From Macrostomum lignano (taxonomy: Eukaryota), in the NCBI GenBank assembly GCA_002269645.1, contig NIVC01000181.1, positions 275,693-339,692 on the forward strand: DNA of 64,000 nucleotides, written 5' to 3'. The position numbers and the translations under genes were made by a program. Shown here one piece after another: positions 17,941 through 29,800 of the stretch; positions within the stretch are counted from its first letter, which is position 1; each line of letters starts with the position of its first letter. The notes beneath the pieces were generated by a model. That model was not told where the DNA came from. It saw nothing but the letters and a program-made list of their open reading frames with translations, and ran no database searches.

Positions 17941-18586
17941 TCACCTCTTCTTTTCGTTATCTATTCTCTCCGATCCTCTCCCGTCATCTAGTTTCCTCTC
18001 TTCTGTCCTCTGCTCACAGCTCACTTCTATATTCCCTCTAAAACAAAAAAACTTTCAAAAATCAACGCTGGAATGTGAAATTCATAAAATAGAGGTATTC
18101 CCGTGAGTGGATCGAGACTCTTGTATTCAGAAACTGACGTTTGCGTCGCTAATATGTAAACTTAACGCCGCTTATAGACTTGAAGGAATGGCTAAAACTA
18201 TTTTGTTTTAATTGATTGAGAACGACATTAAAAATATTCATGACGCCCTCACTGGACTGCAAACAGCTTGAGAACCCAGGAAAACACAGGCTCTCTACGA
18301 CCTCTAGCATTGAAGACATTGAAAAACAAACATTTCTGTCTTTCTTAACGCCTGCACAGATGGATAGCCAGTCAGTCCTTGAATTTTTGCAACTCATTGA
18401 AGCTGAAACATGGGCCGATTTTTCTTCTGTCGCAGCTGGCACTTCCGGAATTTCTGTTAAAGAACCGCTATGGGCCATTGTTTAACCCCCTTGGGCACTT
18501 CTTGAGCATACAAGTCCCCATCAGTTGACAGACTCACTCACTGTGGGGTCGCTTCGGTCTTAGTTGAAAAACTCCAGTTATACCAT

Positions 18587-20490
18587 CCCTGTTCTCTCTC
18601 CCCTGTCCTCTCTCCCCTGTTCTCTCTCTCCCCTGTTTTTCTCCCCTGTTCTCTCTCCCCTGATCTCTCTCTCCCCTGTTCTCTCTCCCCTGTTCTCTCT
18701 CCCCTGTTCTCTCTCCCCTGATCTCTCTCTCCCCTGTTCTCTCTCCCCTGTTCTCTCTCCCCTGTTCTCTCTCCCCTGTTCCCTCTCCCCTGTTCTCTCT
18801 CTCCCCTGTTCTCTCTCTCCCCTGTTCTCTCTCCCCTGTCCTCTCTCCCCTGTTCTCTCTCTCCCCTGTTTTTCTCCCCTGTTCTCTCTCCCCTGTTCTC
18901 TCTTCCCTGTTCTCTCTCCCCTGATCTCTCTCCCCTGTTCTCTCTCCCCTGTTCTCTCTCCCCTGTTCTCTCTCCCCTGTTCTCTCTCCCCTGTTCCCTC
19001 TCCCCTGTTCTCTCTCTCCCCTGTTCTCTCTCTCCCCTGATCTCTCTCCCCTGTTCTCTCTCCCCTGTCCTCTCTCCCCTGTTCTCTCTCTTCCCTGTTT
19101 TTCTCCCCTGTTCTCTCTCCCCTGTTCTCTCTCCCCTGTTCTCTCTCCCCTGTTCTCTCTCCCCTGTTCTCTCTCCCCTGTCCTCTCTCCCCTGTTCTCT
19201 CTCTCCCCTGTTTTTCTCCCCTGTTCTCTCTCCCCTGTTCTCTCTCCCCTGTTCTCTCTCCCCTGTTCTCTCTCCCCTGTTCTCTCTCCCCTGATCTCTC
19301 TCTCCTCTGTTCTCTCTCCCCTGTTCTCTCTCCCCTGTCCTCTCTACCCTGTTCTCTCTCCCCTGTTCTCTCTCCCCTGTCCTCTCTCCCCTGTTCTCTC
19401 TCCCCTGTTCTCTCTCTCCCCTGTTTTTCTCCCCTGTTCTCTCTCCCCTGTTCTCTCTCCCCTGTTCTCTCTCCCCTGATCTCTCTCTCCTCTGTTCTCT
19501 CTCCCCTGATCTCTCTCTCCTCTGTTCTCTCTCCCCTGTTCTCTCTCCCCTGTCCTCTCTACCCTGTTCTCTCTCCCCTGTTCTCTCTCTCCCCTGTCCT
19601 CTCTCCCCTGTTCTCTCTCCCCTGTTCTCTCTCCCCTGTTCTCTCTCCCCTGTTCTCTCTCCCCTGTTCTCTCTCCCCTGTTCTCTCTCCCCTGTTCTCT
19701 CTCCCCTGATCTCTCTCCCCTGATCTCTCTCTCCCCTGTTCTCTCTCCCCTGTTCTCTCTCCCCTGTTCTCTCTCCCCTGTTCTCTCTCCCCTGTTCTCT
19801 CTCCCCTGTCCTCTCTCCCCTGTTCTCTCTCTCCCCTGTTTTTCTCCCCTGTTCTCTCTCCCCTGTTCTCTCTCCCCTGTTCTCTCTCCTCTGTTCTCTC
19901 TCCCCTGTTCTCTCTCCTCTGTTCTCTCTCCCCTGTTCTCTCTCTCCCCTGTTCTCTCTCTCCCCTGTTCTCTCTTTTCTGTTCTCTCTCCCCTGTTCTC
20001 TCTCCTCTGTTCTCTCTCCCCTGTTCTCTCTCTCCCCTGTTCTCTCTCCCCTGTTCTCTCTCTCCCCTGTTCCCTCTCCCCTGTTCTCTCTCTCCCCTGT
20101 TCTCTCTCCCCTGTTCTCTCTCCCCTGTTCTCTCTCCCCTGTTCCCTCTCCCCTGTTCTCTCTCTCCCCTGTTCTCTCTCTCCCCTGTTCTCTCTCTCCC
20201 CTGTTCTCTCTCTCCCCTGTTCTCTCTCTCCCCTGTTCTCTCTCTCCCCTGTTCTCTCTCTCCCCTGTTCTCTCTCCCCTGTTCTCTCTCCCCTGTTCTC
20301 TCTCCCCTGTTCCCTCTCCCTTGTTCTCTCTCTCCCCCTGTTCTCTCTCTCCCCTGTTCTCTCTCCCCTGTTCTCTCTCTCCCCTGTTCTCTCTCTCCCC
20401 TGTTCTCTCTCTCCCCTGTTCTCTCTCTCCCCTGTTCTCTCTCTCCCCTGTTCTCTCTCTCCCCTGTTCTCTCTCCCCTGTTCTCTCTCT
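18587..20490 (+). repeat. 14/16-bp compound minisatellite (CCCTGTTCTCTCTC), ~1.9 kb
   Basis: Direct observation; explains the spurious ORFs 18538..20493 and 19559..20506. Confidence 0.95.
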
Positions 20491-20667
20491 CACATTTCAG
20501 TCTCAAATATGCTTCATATTTCCAATTTTTACAAGTTCAACAAGTGATGCAGAAAGACCTGAAGACAGCACCTGTCATTGCCTGATAATTAAAGACTTAG
20601 CAGTTCCGCGACAAAAATGCTGAAAATTCTGGTGCAAACACAGCCAGCAGCTGTTGAGCTTGTGTTC

Positions 20668-22060
20668 CACTACCAGTGACAGTTTGCAGTGAGCACACAC
20701 TATTTGAGCATTACTGAATCATTTTAGCAACTAATTTTAGGCAGCAGAACATTCAAGACAGCCCAGAGTGTCTCCAGTCACAGCTCAGCGATAATTACCG
20801 CCCGTGTCCGCAAAAGATGCGTGGCTCCCGCCGTCACTTGTGAAACGCTAATTATGACAGCTCTTATCAGTGTGTGAAGTCATAAATTACCTGGCCAAAC
20901 CTGTTGAGCGAATTCCAAAAACCGTGCCATATCGGTCTTACGGAGGGAGTTCTGAGCACTGGGGTTGGAGACCCGGCAAAGCTGTTTCTAAGAAAGTCTG
21001 CGACGCAACTCCAATGCCGCCTGTGAAAGTGAAACTGGACTCCGTTCTCCTTCATCAGTTGAGCTGAGCCCATTTTGAGTTGGCATCTGGCAGTACATTT
21101 TATAGCAGTTGCCATGAGAACTAGAGGGTGCAGCTTCTCGAGTACAGAAAAAATTGGAAACTGCTCAGATTGCAGAGTTGGAAATTTTGGTAAAGTATAA
21201 CAAAAGTGACTGGATTGACTGGCTGAGCACTGCAGACTCATGGCTGTATGAATACACACAGATTCTATATGCGTAGCGGGGACCGCTCCTGGCACTGAGA
21301 TGGGGGCACTGACCTCCCCTTTTGGAATTTGGGATCATTGCTTGACTGCAATGGGATATCCATGCAAGAAAGGTCAATGGGGTCAGTTGGGATCTGCATG
21401 GGACCCGATGAAGTTGTGCTCAGAACTAAATGCAGGCCAAGGATGACGCGTTCAGCAGGGTCTCGCTAATTCCTCACATCAAACGGCTCAGAGCTGGTCT
21501 TCTGTTCCCACAGCTGGTCCCAGGCCTTGGTGTCCTCTGCTGACCCCGCCCTAGCAGGCTCCCCCGACCCCCTGCTTGCGGACTCTCGCGCCGGTGTCCG
21601 CACAGGTGGAGCCACCCCGCTGAGAGAAGGTTCGGGACGGGCTAGGCGGCTCAATATGGGACCGGGCTGATCAATGAGGAGAATTATCCCCTCATTTGGG
21701 AGCGGAACAATAGCAGAGCGGAGTCCTAGCCCAGAGGAACTTTCTCACCTAGAGTTGCAAAGAGGTCCGCCTTGCCTGCCTGCCCGCCCAACCCACTGAG
21801 TCTTTGTGCAGCATGGATTTTCCCAAGGAGATTCTGCAAATCTAGCACCCCGCTGTCTCGCTTTGCTTGTTGGGGACTGTTTGCCAGTGCTCTGCAAATG
21901 CGATCATCTAAGCAAGCAATTAACCCATTTACAGTTCGTTGAGCTAAGAATGCTGACCCATGCAGTGCGGCACATGGGTTTGCACAGCCTCGCATGGTTT
22001 TGAGACAATCATGTAATTAACGAAGTCTTTCTTAAAAATACCAAAATCTGCTTTGCTTCA
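20668..22060 (-). repeat. Inverted-repeat arm A: ~1.4-kb near-identical non-coding block, 3.7 kb upstream of ovo-A
   Basis: Reverse complement of 38860-40248 with few substitutions or indels; mirrored ORFs appear in the ORF track (e.g. 21726..21995 versus 38923..39192). Confidence 0.92.
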
Positions 22061-23496
22061 GGAGCCGGAGCTGCTCTCGCGCTACGCTAACCCTGGTTCG
22101 TACCCCTGGTTTGTGCAAGGGTGTCCGCAGGCTTTTTAATTTTTGTTTTATTGCATCGTCTGTTTTTTCATTTTTTTAATTTTCACCATAATAAGACAAA
22201 TTTCACAAGAACAACAAAACACAAAATAATAACAAAGATTTCATAAATTCCAACATTTTCACTTTCAGAATTGATAGACGAGCAAGCAGCAGTAGTAAAG
22301 CGAATTAATTAATAATTTCTGCTTTTTCAAAAAAGCAGAAAACAGCTGTCGCAAGAACAATATAAATTTATTTAAATATATTGCAATATAAATTGACTCG
22401 ATTAGCAGATTGACAAGAGAAGCTCAAGAAGGTCTCAAAAGAAGGTTGATCAACAGAAAACATTCCACGTGTGGTCGACGCGCGCATATTCCTACTCACT
22501 AGTAGCCATAGCAGTAGTAATAAAAGGCGAAATATTAAACGCAATTTTAGTTCTGCTCAAATAATTTTGACTCAAGTATGGATCGACAAGCATGAAGACA
22601 GGCAGGTGTGACTAAACTTTGAAAAAATAACACAATAATGACAACACAATTAAAAGCAAATTAGATGAAGTATGCAGATAATGCCACTATAAATATCCAA
22701 TAATATCACTGCATTTTACTGAGAGAAATGGCATAAAACGCTACACATACTACTCATCAGTATTTAATGAATTTATTTAAGCCAAATCTATAATTGTTTG
22801 TTCAAATGAAAAAGCTCTGTTAAATAAGAGAATCAATTGTCTTTATTACTCTTAATAGATGAATAAAAAGTGAGATTATATTCTAATAAAGTTACGAATC
22901 AACTAGTCACACATTTTTTTTAAATAATCTGAGTTATCACGATAATATCGCAGAGTGGAAGCGTATGCAATTCGAAATTAATGAAAATAATGACTGCGCA
23001 ATCGGAAACTTTTGCCAATAATTATTATAAATAACAAATACTTGACAAAATTTTAATACAGGTTTGCAATCAAAAATAAAAATTATGAAAAAATTTATGT
23101 GGGCTAGACACAGCTGTATTACAAGTAGCTGCTTTGCAATATCAAATAGACACACACAGGTATGACTGCAATACACACTAAGCGTACTAATAAAGAATTA
23201 AATTTGTTTAAAACTTTTCTATTTTAGATGGAAGGCCGATTTTAACAAATGAACTATCAGAAATTAGGTTATGGTTGGCAATGGCAAGTTGCTAGAGACA
23301 CGCTGGGATGGCTATGAAGTGTGAAAAGCAATGGATAGTTATTAATGACCTTATCCAGCAATCCCAAGAGTTCGGGACTTAAGAAATCACAAGAAAATCG
23401 AATTAATGATCGGTCAGATTGTTAGAGTGTGACTTTTGGCGGATGGGTTGATTTAGAGGCTGTTTTAGATGATTTACTTATTTTTATGAGTACGGG

Positions 23497-23806
23497 GGCG
23501 GATGAATGAGTTCGGGAGGCGGATGGATGAGTACAGGGGGCGGATGGATGAGTTCGGGGGCGGATGGATGAGTACAGAGGGCGGATGGATGAGTACAGGG
23601 GGCGGATGGATGAGTACAGGGGCGGATGGATGAGTACAGGGGGCGGATGGATGAGTTCGGGGGCGGATGGATGAGTACAGGGGGCGGATGGATGAGTACA
23701 GGGGGCGGATGGATGAGTACAGGGGCGGATGGATGAGTACAGGGGGCGGATGGATGAGTACAGGGGCGGATGGATGAGTACAGGGGGCGGATGGATGAGT
23801 ACAGAG
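23497..23806 (+). repeat. ~21-bp minisatellite (GGATGGATGAGTACAGGGGGC) just downstream of the CLASP stop codon
   Basis: About 14 units. Confidence 0.85.
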
Positions 23807-23877
23807 GCAGTATTGGCAGGATAGAAAGGGTCAGCTTCAAATTATAAGATGGGAACGGCAAACCCGAAACAAAACCG

Positions 23878-26800
23878 TCAGTTGGCGCCGTCACCAGACG
23901 TGGCGCGGCAGATGTACAGCTGCAATAGGCGCTTCCTCGTGGCGCTGAGCTCGGTGAGGTGCAGCAGCAGGCACTCGCCAACCCGCAGGTAGAGCTGCAC
24001 GAGGCAGAAGATGGCGGCTTTGCGCACCGCCGACTCCTGATGGTCGCAGCAGCGAACCAGGCCTGGGCAGAGGTCGGTGAGCTGGCGTCGGAGCTGCTCC
24101 GCGTCCGCCGACTGAGTCAGGCGAGTCTCCGCTTTCAATGCGGCCAAAATCACCGCGGAGGCCGTAGAATCCTGCGGGTTAGGAATGGGGTAGAGCTGAA
24201 TGAGGGGAGGATAGATGTAAATGAGGGGCGGATAGATCTAAATAAGGGGAGGATAGATCTAAATGAGGGGCGGATAGATCTAGAACGCTCTGTCCCACCT
24301 GAGCAATGGGCGCCAGAGCCCGCAGGCAGGCATCGGCGGGTAGGCGAGTGGCAGCAACTTTGGCGCAGCCCTCGGCCGCCCTGGATACGGCGCGATCCGA
24401 ATCGGCGTGCGCCTCCAGGATCTTCAGCAGCGTCAGCTCAAGGAAGTCGGCGAACCGAGTCGGCTGAGCAGTCAGCAGCTCCTGCAGGGCCGTCAGTGAG
24501 GCTGCTCGGACGTCACTCTAAAAGAAAGGTGTAAATGACACAAATTTAGGCTACAATATTCCTAATATGCCTACTTTTAAGTAGGAGGATTCGATAATTT
24601 CCATATTTTGCGTTCGAATTTTTTTTTAAATTGAAAAAGGTGCAATTAAACACAAATTTAGGCTACAATATTCCTAATATGCCTACTTTTAAGCAGGAGG
24701 ATTCGATAATTTCCATATTTTGCATTCGAAATTTTTTTTAAATTGAAAAAGGTGCAATTAAACACAAATTTAGGCTACAAGATTCATAAAATCCCTACTA
24801 ATAGTAAGGGAGATCCAATTGTTTTCCTATTTTGCGTTCAAACAAAATCGTACAAAATATGCGGTAATAAAACTCACCTCTCCGTCACCCATGGTTTCCA
24901 ATAGCACCAGCAGCACGGACTTGAAATGTTCGTCCCAGCTGTCGATGGACTTTTCTCTTAACAAGCTGTGCAAATTTTGCAGTCGGTCTTTTCGATCTTC
25001 GTGGCTAAAAATGTTATAAATGAAGAATATTGAAGACTATGTGAAGTAGAGCTAAAGGAGAGAAAGAGTTCACCAACCTCAAGCTCTGACTATTATTCAG
25101 GTCTTTGAGTAGGCGGACCAGCGCAGAGTCTGGCGGTGGAACTTGAGAAGCTAAAAAGATAATTTTAGGCAGATTTTTTGTTTTAAAATGCTTTCGTTTT
25201 GAATAGTTGTTAATGATAGGTGAAGCTTCTTGATCAAAAGAAATATAACACTAAATGGAGGCATCTGTCACTCAATAAGAGGGGAATCTGTCACTCAATA
25301 AGAGGGGAATCTGTCACTCAATAGGGGGGAATCTGTCACTCTATAGGGGGGAATCTGTCACTCTATAGGGGGGGGGGAATCTGTCACTCAATAAGAGGGG
25401 AATCTGTCAATCAATAAGGGGGGAATCTATCACTCAATAAGAGGGGAATCTGTCACTCAATAAGAGGGGAATCTGTCACTCAATAAGGGGGGAATCTGTC
25501 ACTCAATATAGGAGACTCTGTCACTCCCCAGTAGGAAGCTGTCACTCGGCAGGGGAGACTCTGTCACTCCCCAGGAGGAAACTGTCACTCGGCACGGGAG
25601 ACTCTGTCACTCCCCAGGAGGAAACTGTCATTCGGCAGGGCAGCACTGACCGGCCTGCCTCTCCGCCCATCGCCTCAGCCGGTCGTCGGCAGCCGATTTG
25701 CCGACTCCGTTTCTACTGTTTCCATGGAAACCAAGACTGCCGGGCCTAGCCAGAGGCAGCACCTTTGGGCGCTGCTCCCCGTTCGATCTGCGAGACGCGT
25801 CTCCGGGCCAGAGATTCGCTGGCGGCTCTGAGCTGAGCGCCGGAGGCGGAGGCGGCGGTGACGGACCGTCGGGAATGGAGCCCGGGCTGCTGCTGCTGCG
25901 GTCGCCCTCCGGCGGGCTGTCCGTCCCGTTTCTAAGAAATATAAAGCGCGACTAATTAGAGTGCAGTAGAATAGAGGAGTGAGAAGAGGAGGGAAGAGCA
26001 GAGCAGAGCAGAGCAGAGCAGAGCAGAGCAGTCACGCACCCGCAGCAGGCAGTCCCGGCCGCCTCAGCCAGCCTGGCCCGCAGTCCCTCTGGCATGGCCC
26101 GAGCCAGGGCCGCCATGGCAGCCGGGTTGAGCCGCGCCAGGCCGGTCAGAAGGCGCCTCGCCGCCGGCTCGTCGCGCGCCATTAGCGCCAGACGCGAAAC
26201 GGCCAGCCGAGTGTCGGGCGCGGGGCGGAGGGCGCCGGGCTCCAGACGGGGCAGCAGCTGCAGGAGAAGCCGCAGCGAATGCGCCTGCAAGCCGGGCAGC
26301 GCGGGCTGGCTGTGGTCGATGAGGCTGTGCAGCAGCTGGCGCAGCAGCAGGTCGGCAGGGAAGGCCGACATGACGGCATCGGATGCGGCCTGCACCCGGG
26401 CGGCTTGGCTGGCCAGGCACTCCGTTGCTAGGCGGGTCAGCAACCGGGTGAGCAGCACATACAGCCAGTCGTGCAGATCGGCGTGGTACCTGCGAGTTGG
26501 CATGGGGCGAATTCCACAGCCAATAAGCTTTGGTTTTTTGTCAAGACGCTGATCGCTGAGCCACGCGCTCACACAGGGTGTACAGTATGTACAGCGACCA
26601 TGACTGTCTTATCCGGTATGTACACTCTCTGGTTGCCTCACCTGGTCACGAACCGCGCCAGCGCCTCCATGAACAGCTGCGCCAGCCGGCCGTTGGTCTC
26701 CGTGAACAGCCGGGTGAAAATGTCGCAAATTCGTCGAATCTCCAGTTGGCTGAGCGGCTGCGGCAGCGGCTCCGGCGGTTCAGCCGCGTCCAGGCAGGCG

Positions 26801-29800
26801 ATGAGGGCGGCCAAGGCGTCGCGACGATTTGTGGAGTCGCGCGACTCCAGCTGGTTGATGATGTCGGAGACGCTCTGGTGATGGAGAGGGCAGGCGGACA
26901 AGGCATGTTGGGGGGAGCGACAGTGGCAGTCGGGAGTAACAGCAGGTACGACAACCAGGTGTGACAGCGGTATTTACAGCCAGGAGAAACAGACATGAGT
27001 GACAGAAGGAGTGACAGCTAGGAGTGACAGCCAGGAGTGACAGCCAGGAGTGACAGCCAGGAGTGACAGCCAGGAGTGACAGCCAGGAGTGACAGCCAGG
27101 AGTGACAGCCAGGAGTGACAGCCAGGAGTGACAGCCAGGAGTGACAGCCAGGAGGGACAGCCAGGAGTGACAGCCAGGAGTGATAGGAGTGACAGAAGGA
27201 GTGACAGAAGGAGTGACAGAAGGAGTGACAGAAGGAGTGACAGCTAGGAGTGACAGCTAGGAGTGACAGAAGGAGTGACAGCTAGGAGCGACAGGAGTGA
27301 CAGAAGGAGTGACAGGAGTGACAGCTAGGAGTGACAGGAGTGACAGAAGGAGTGACAGCCAGTAGTGACAGCCAGGAGTGACAGCCGGGAGTGACAGCCA
27401 GGAGTGACAGCCAGGAGTGACAGCGGGCTTGATAGAGACCATGGTAGTAATAGCAGTGACAGTGTTGCTGGAGTGACAGATAAACTGTAAGATTCCGAAC
27501 AGTTTTAGCGCAAGATCGAGTAAAGCATGAAGTCCAGCATTGCGACGCGGTGACTTGTGGCAGACACAAGCTACAAGCTATAGGGTTTTGCAAGAACAAC
27601 AGCCATTAAAATCTAGCTAATTCACAGTAGATAGTATTTAAAGTAGCGAACACGCATCTATTGAGTTAGTAATGACGTTTTAAAGCTGCGAAGCGATGCA
27701 GTCTCAGATTCTGGGCAGGAAGAAATGCACGAACATATAGTGAACTATAAGGACAGTCGACAGGGTGAGCCAGGTGTGTGCGCGGCCTGTTTTTTACCTG
27801 CCAACTCTGGATCGGCACCTCCTGGCCTGCTGAGTAGCCGCTGCTGACCGCCTGACTGGCATGGACTCCGTTGTCCTTGGACTTTGGGGTAATGGGGATT
27901 GAGACGGATAAGGTCAAATGTCAGTCGCGTCAGGATGGGCCATGTATTAGTGGGGAATGTGCTAGGAGACTGGGAGGGGAGAGATGGAGACTGCGAAGGG
28001 AGAGAGGGAGACTGAGGGGAGCGAGTGAAGACTGCGAGGGGAGAAAGGGAGTCTGGAAAGGGAGAGTGTGAGACTGGGTAGGAAGAGATGGAGACTGGGA
28101 AGGGAGGGAGGGAGACTGGGAAGGGAGAGTGGGAGTCTGGGAAGGGAGAGTGTGAGACTGGGTAGGGAGAGAGGGAGACTGGGAAGGGAGAGAGAGAGTC
28201 TGGAAAGGGAGAGAGGGAGACTGGGAAGGGAGAGAGGGAGACTGGGAAGGGAGAGAGGGAGACTGGGAAGGGAGAGAGGGAGACTGGGAAGGGAGAGAGG
28301 GAGACTGGGAAGGGAGAGAGGGAGACTGGGAAGGGAGAGAGGGAGACTGGGAAGGGAGAGAGGGAGACTGGGAAGGGAGAGAGGGAGACTGGGAAGGGAG
28401 AGAGGGAGACTGGGAAGGGAGAGAGGGAGACTGGGAAGGGAGAGAGGGAGACTGGGAAGGGAGAGAGGGAGACTGGGAAGGGAGAGAGGGAGACTAGGAA
28501 GGGAGAGAGGGAGACTGGGAAGGGAGAGCTGAGAAGGGAGAGGAAGCACTCAGGTACATCGGGGGTTCCAGTCAGTAAAAAATTTGGCCAGTAAAATAAC
28601 AGATTAAAATCGCAATTAGACCAACCAGCACAATGATTAAAAAGTCCCAGTCACCAAGAAAGTTTTTTTTTAAATCCGATTTTAATTATAGCCTCTACTA
28701 CTGCAAGTAGTTAGCGTGAATTTTTCAATTACGCAAGTGAAAAATTTTATTTAAAAAATGTAAAAAAACGTCAGCTGCTTCACCGCGAAAAGTGAAAAGT
28801 TATTTTTTGTCTAATAAATTTGCTGTACCTTTCAAAAGCTGATGCTGGATGATGCTGGAACGGTTCCTGCTAAAAATAGTGAAGTTGTAATGGCATGGAG
28901 ACCAGCAGGCCAACAGGGAATTAATTATTCTAAGTGAATAATTACAGTGCCTCATGCATTGAGAACTTTGCTAACACATTAAAAATCATGCAGCTTGTAT
29001 AATCAAATAGAAAACATTGCTTCATTGCCCTATGCATAAATTAATATATAAACTATCTTGGCTTATTGCATTCCCTGAGTAAAGCAGCATGTGAAATTAT
29101 CGGGTAAACCAGGTAAAAAAGTAACTCATAAATAAAATCAAATACCTTATTAATGCGAGATCCGAGCCGCCTGGATGTGTAGGAGCTCTAAAAATGCGAA
29201 TTTCACGAGATTCTGTTGTAAGTAGAATGTTACGAGTATTTTTAAGATCTAGCCCAATGGCTTTTTGTATCTCACTCGATAAAATTTATAAAAATTTATC
29301 GAAATTTATAGAATCTCACTGTGAGATAATAAAACCTATAAAAATCCTCAATTCCTAGAATCTCACTGTGAGATAATAGAATCTATAAAAATCCCCAATT
29401 CCTAGAATCTCACTGTGAGATAATAGAATCTATAAAAATCCCCAATTTCTAGAATCTCACTGTGAGATAATGTAATCTATAAAAATCCCCAATTCCTAGA
29501 ATCTCACTGTGAGATAATAGAATCTATAAAAATCCCCAATTCCTAGAATCTCACTGTGAGATAATAGAATCTATAAAAATCCCCAATTCCTAGAATCTCA
29601 CTGTGAGATAATAGAATCTATAAAAATCCCCAATTCCTAGAATCTCACTGTGAGATAATAGAATCTATAAAAATCCCCAATTCCTAGAATCTCACTGTGA
29701 GATAATAGAATCTATAAAAATCCCCAATTCCTAGAATCTCACTGTGAGATAATAGAATCTATAAAAATCCCCAATTCCTAGAATCTCACTGTGAGATAAT

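Noticed and set aside
18538-20506. 651-aa and 315-aa ERTGERENRG ORFs
   Set aside because: Translations of a 14/16-bp CT-rich minisatellite; no domain, signal peptide or splice context.
28826-28872. Possible extra CLASP micro-exon (TTTTAG...GAAAG|GTAC)
   Set aside because: Phases do not fit between the flanking phase-0 junctions, and the model closes without it.
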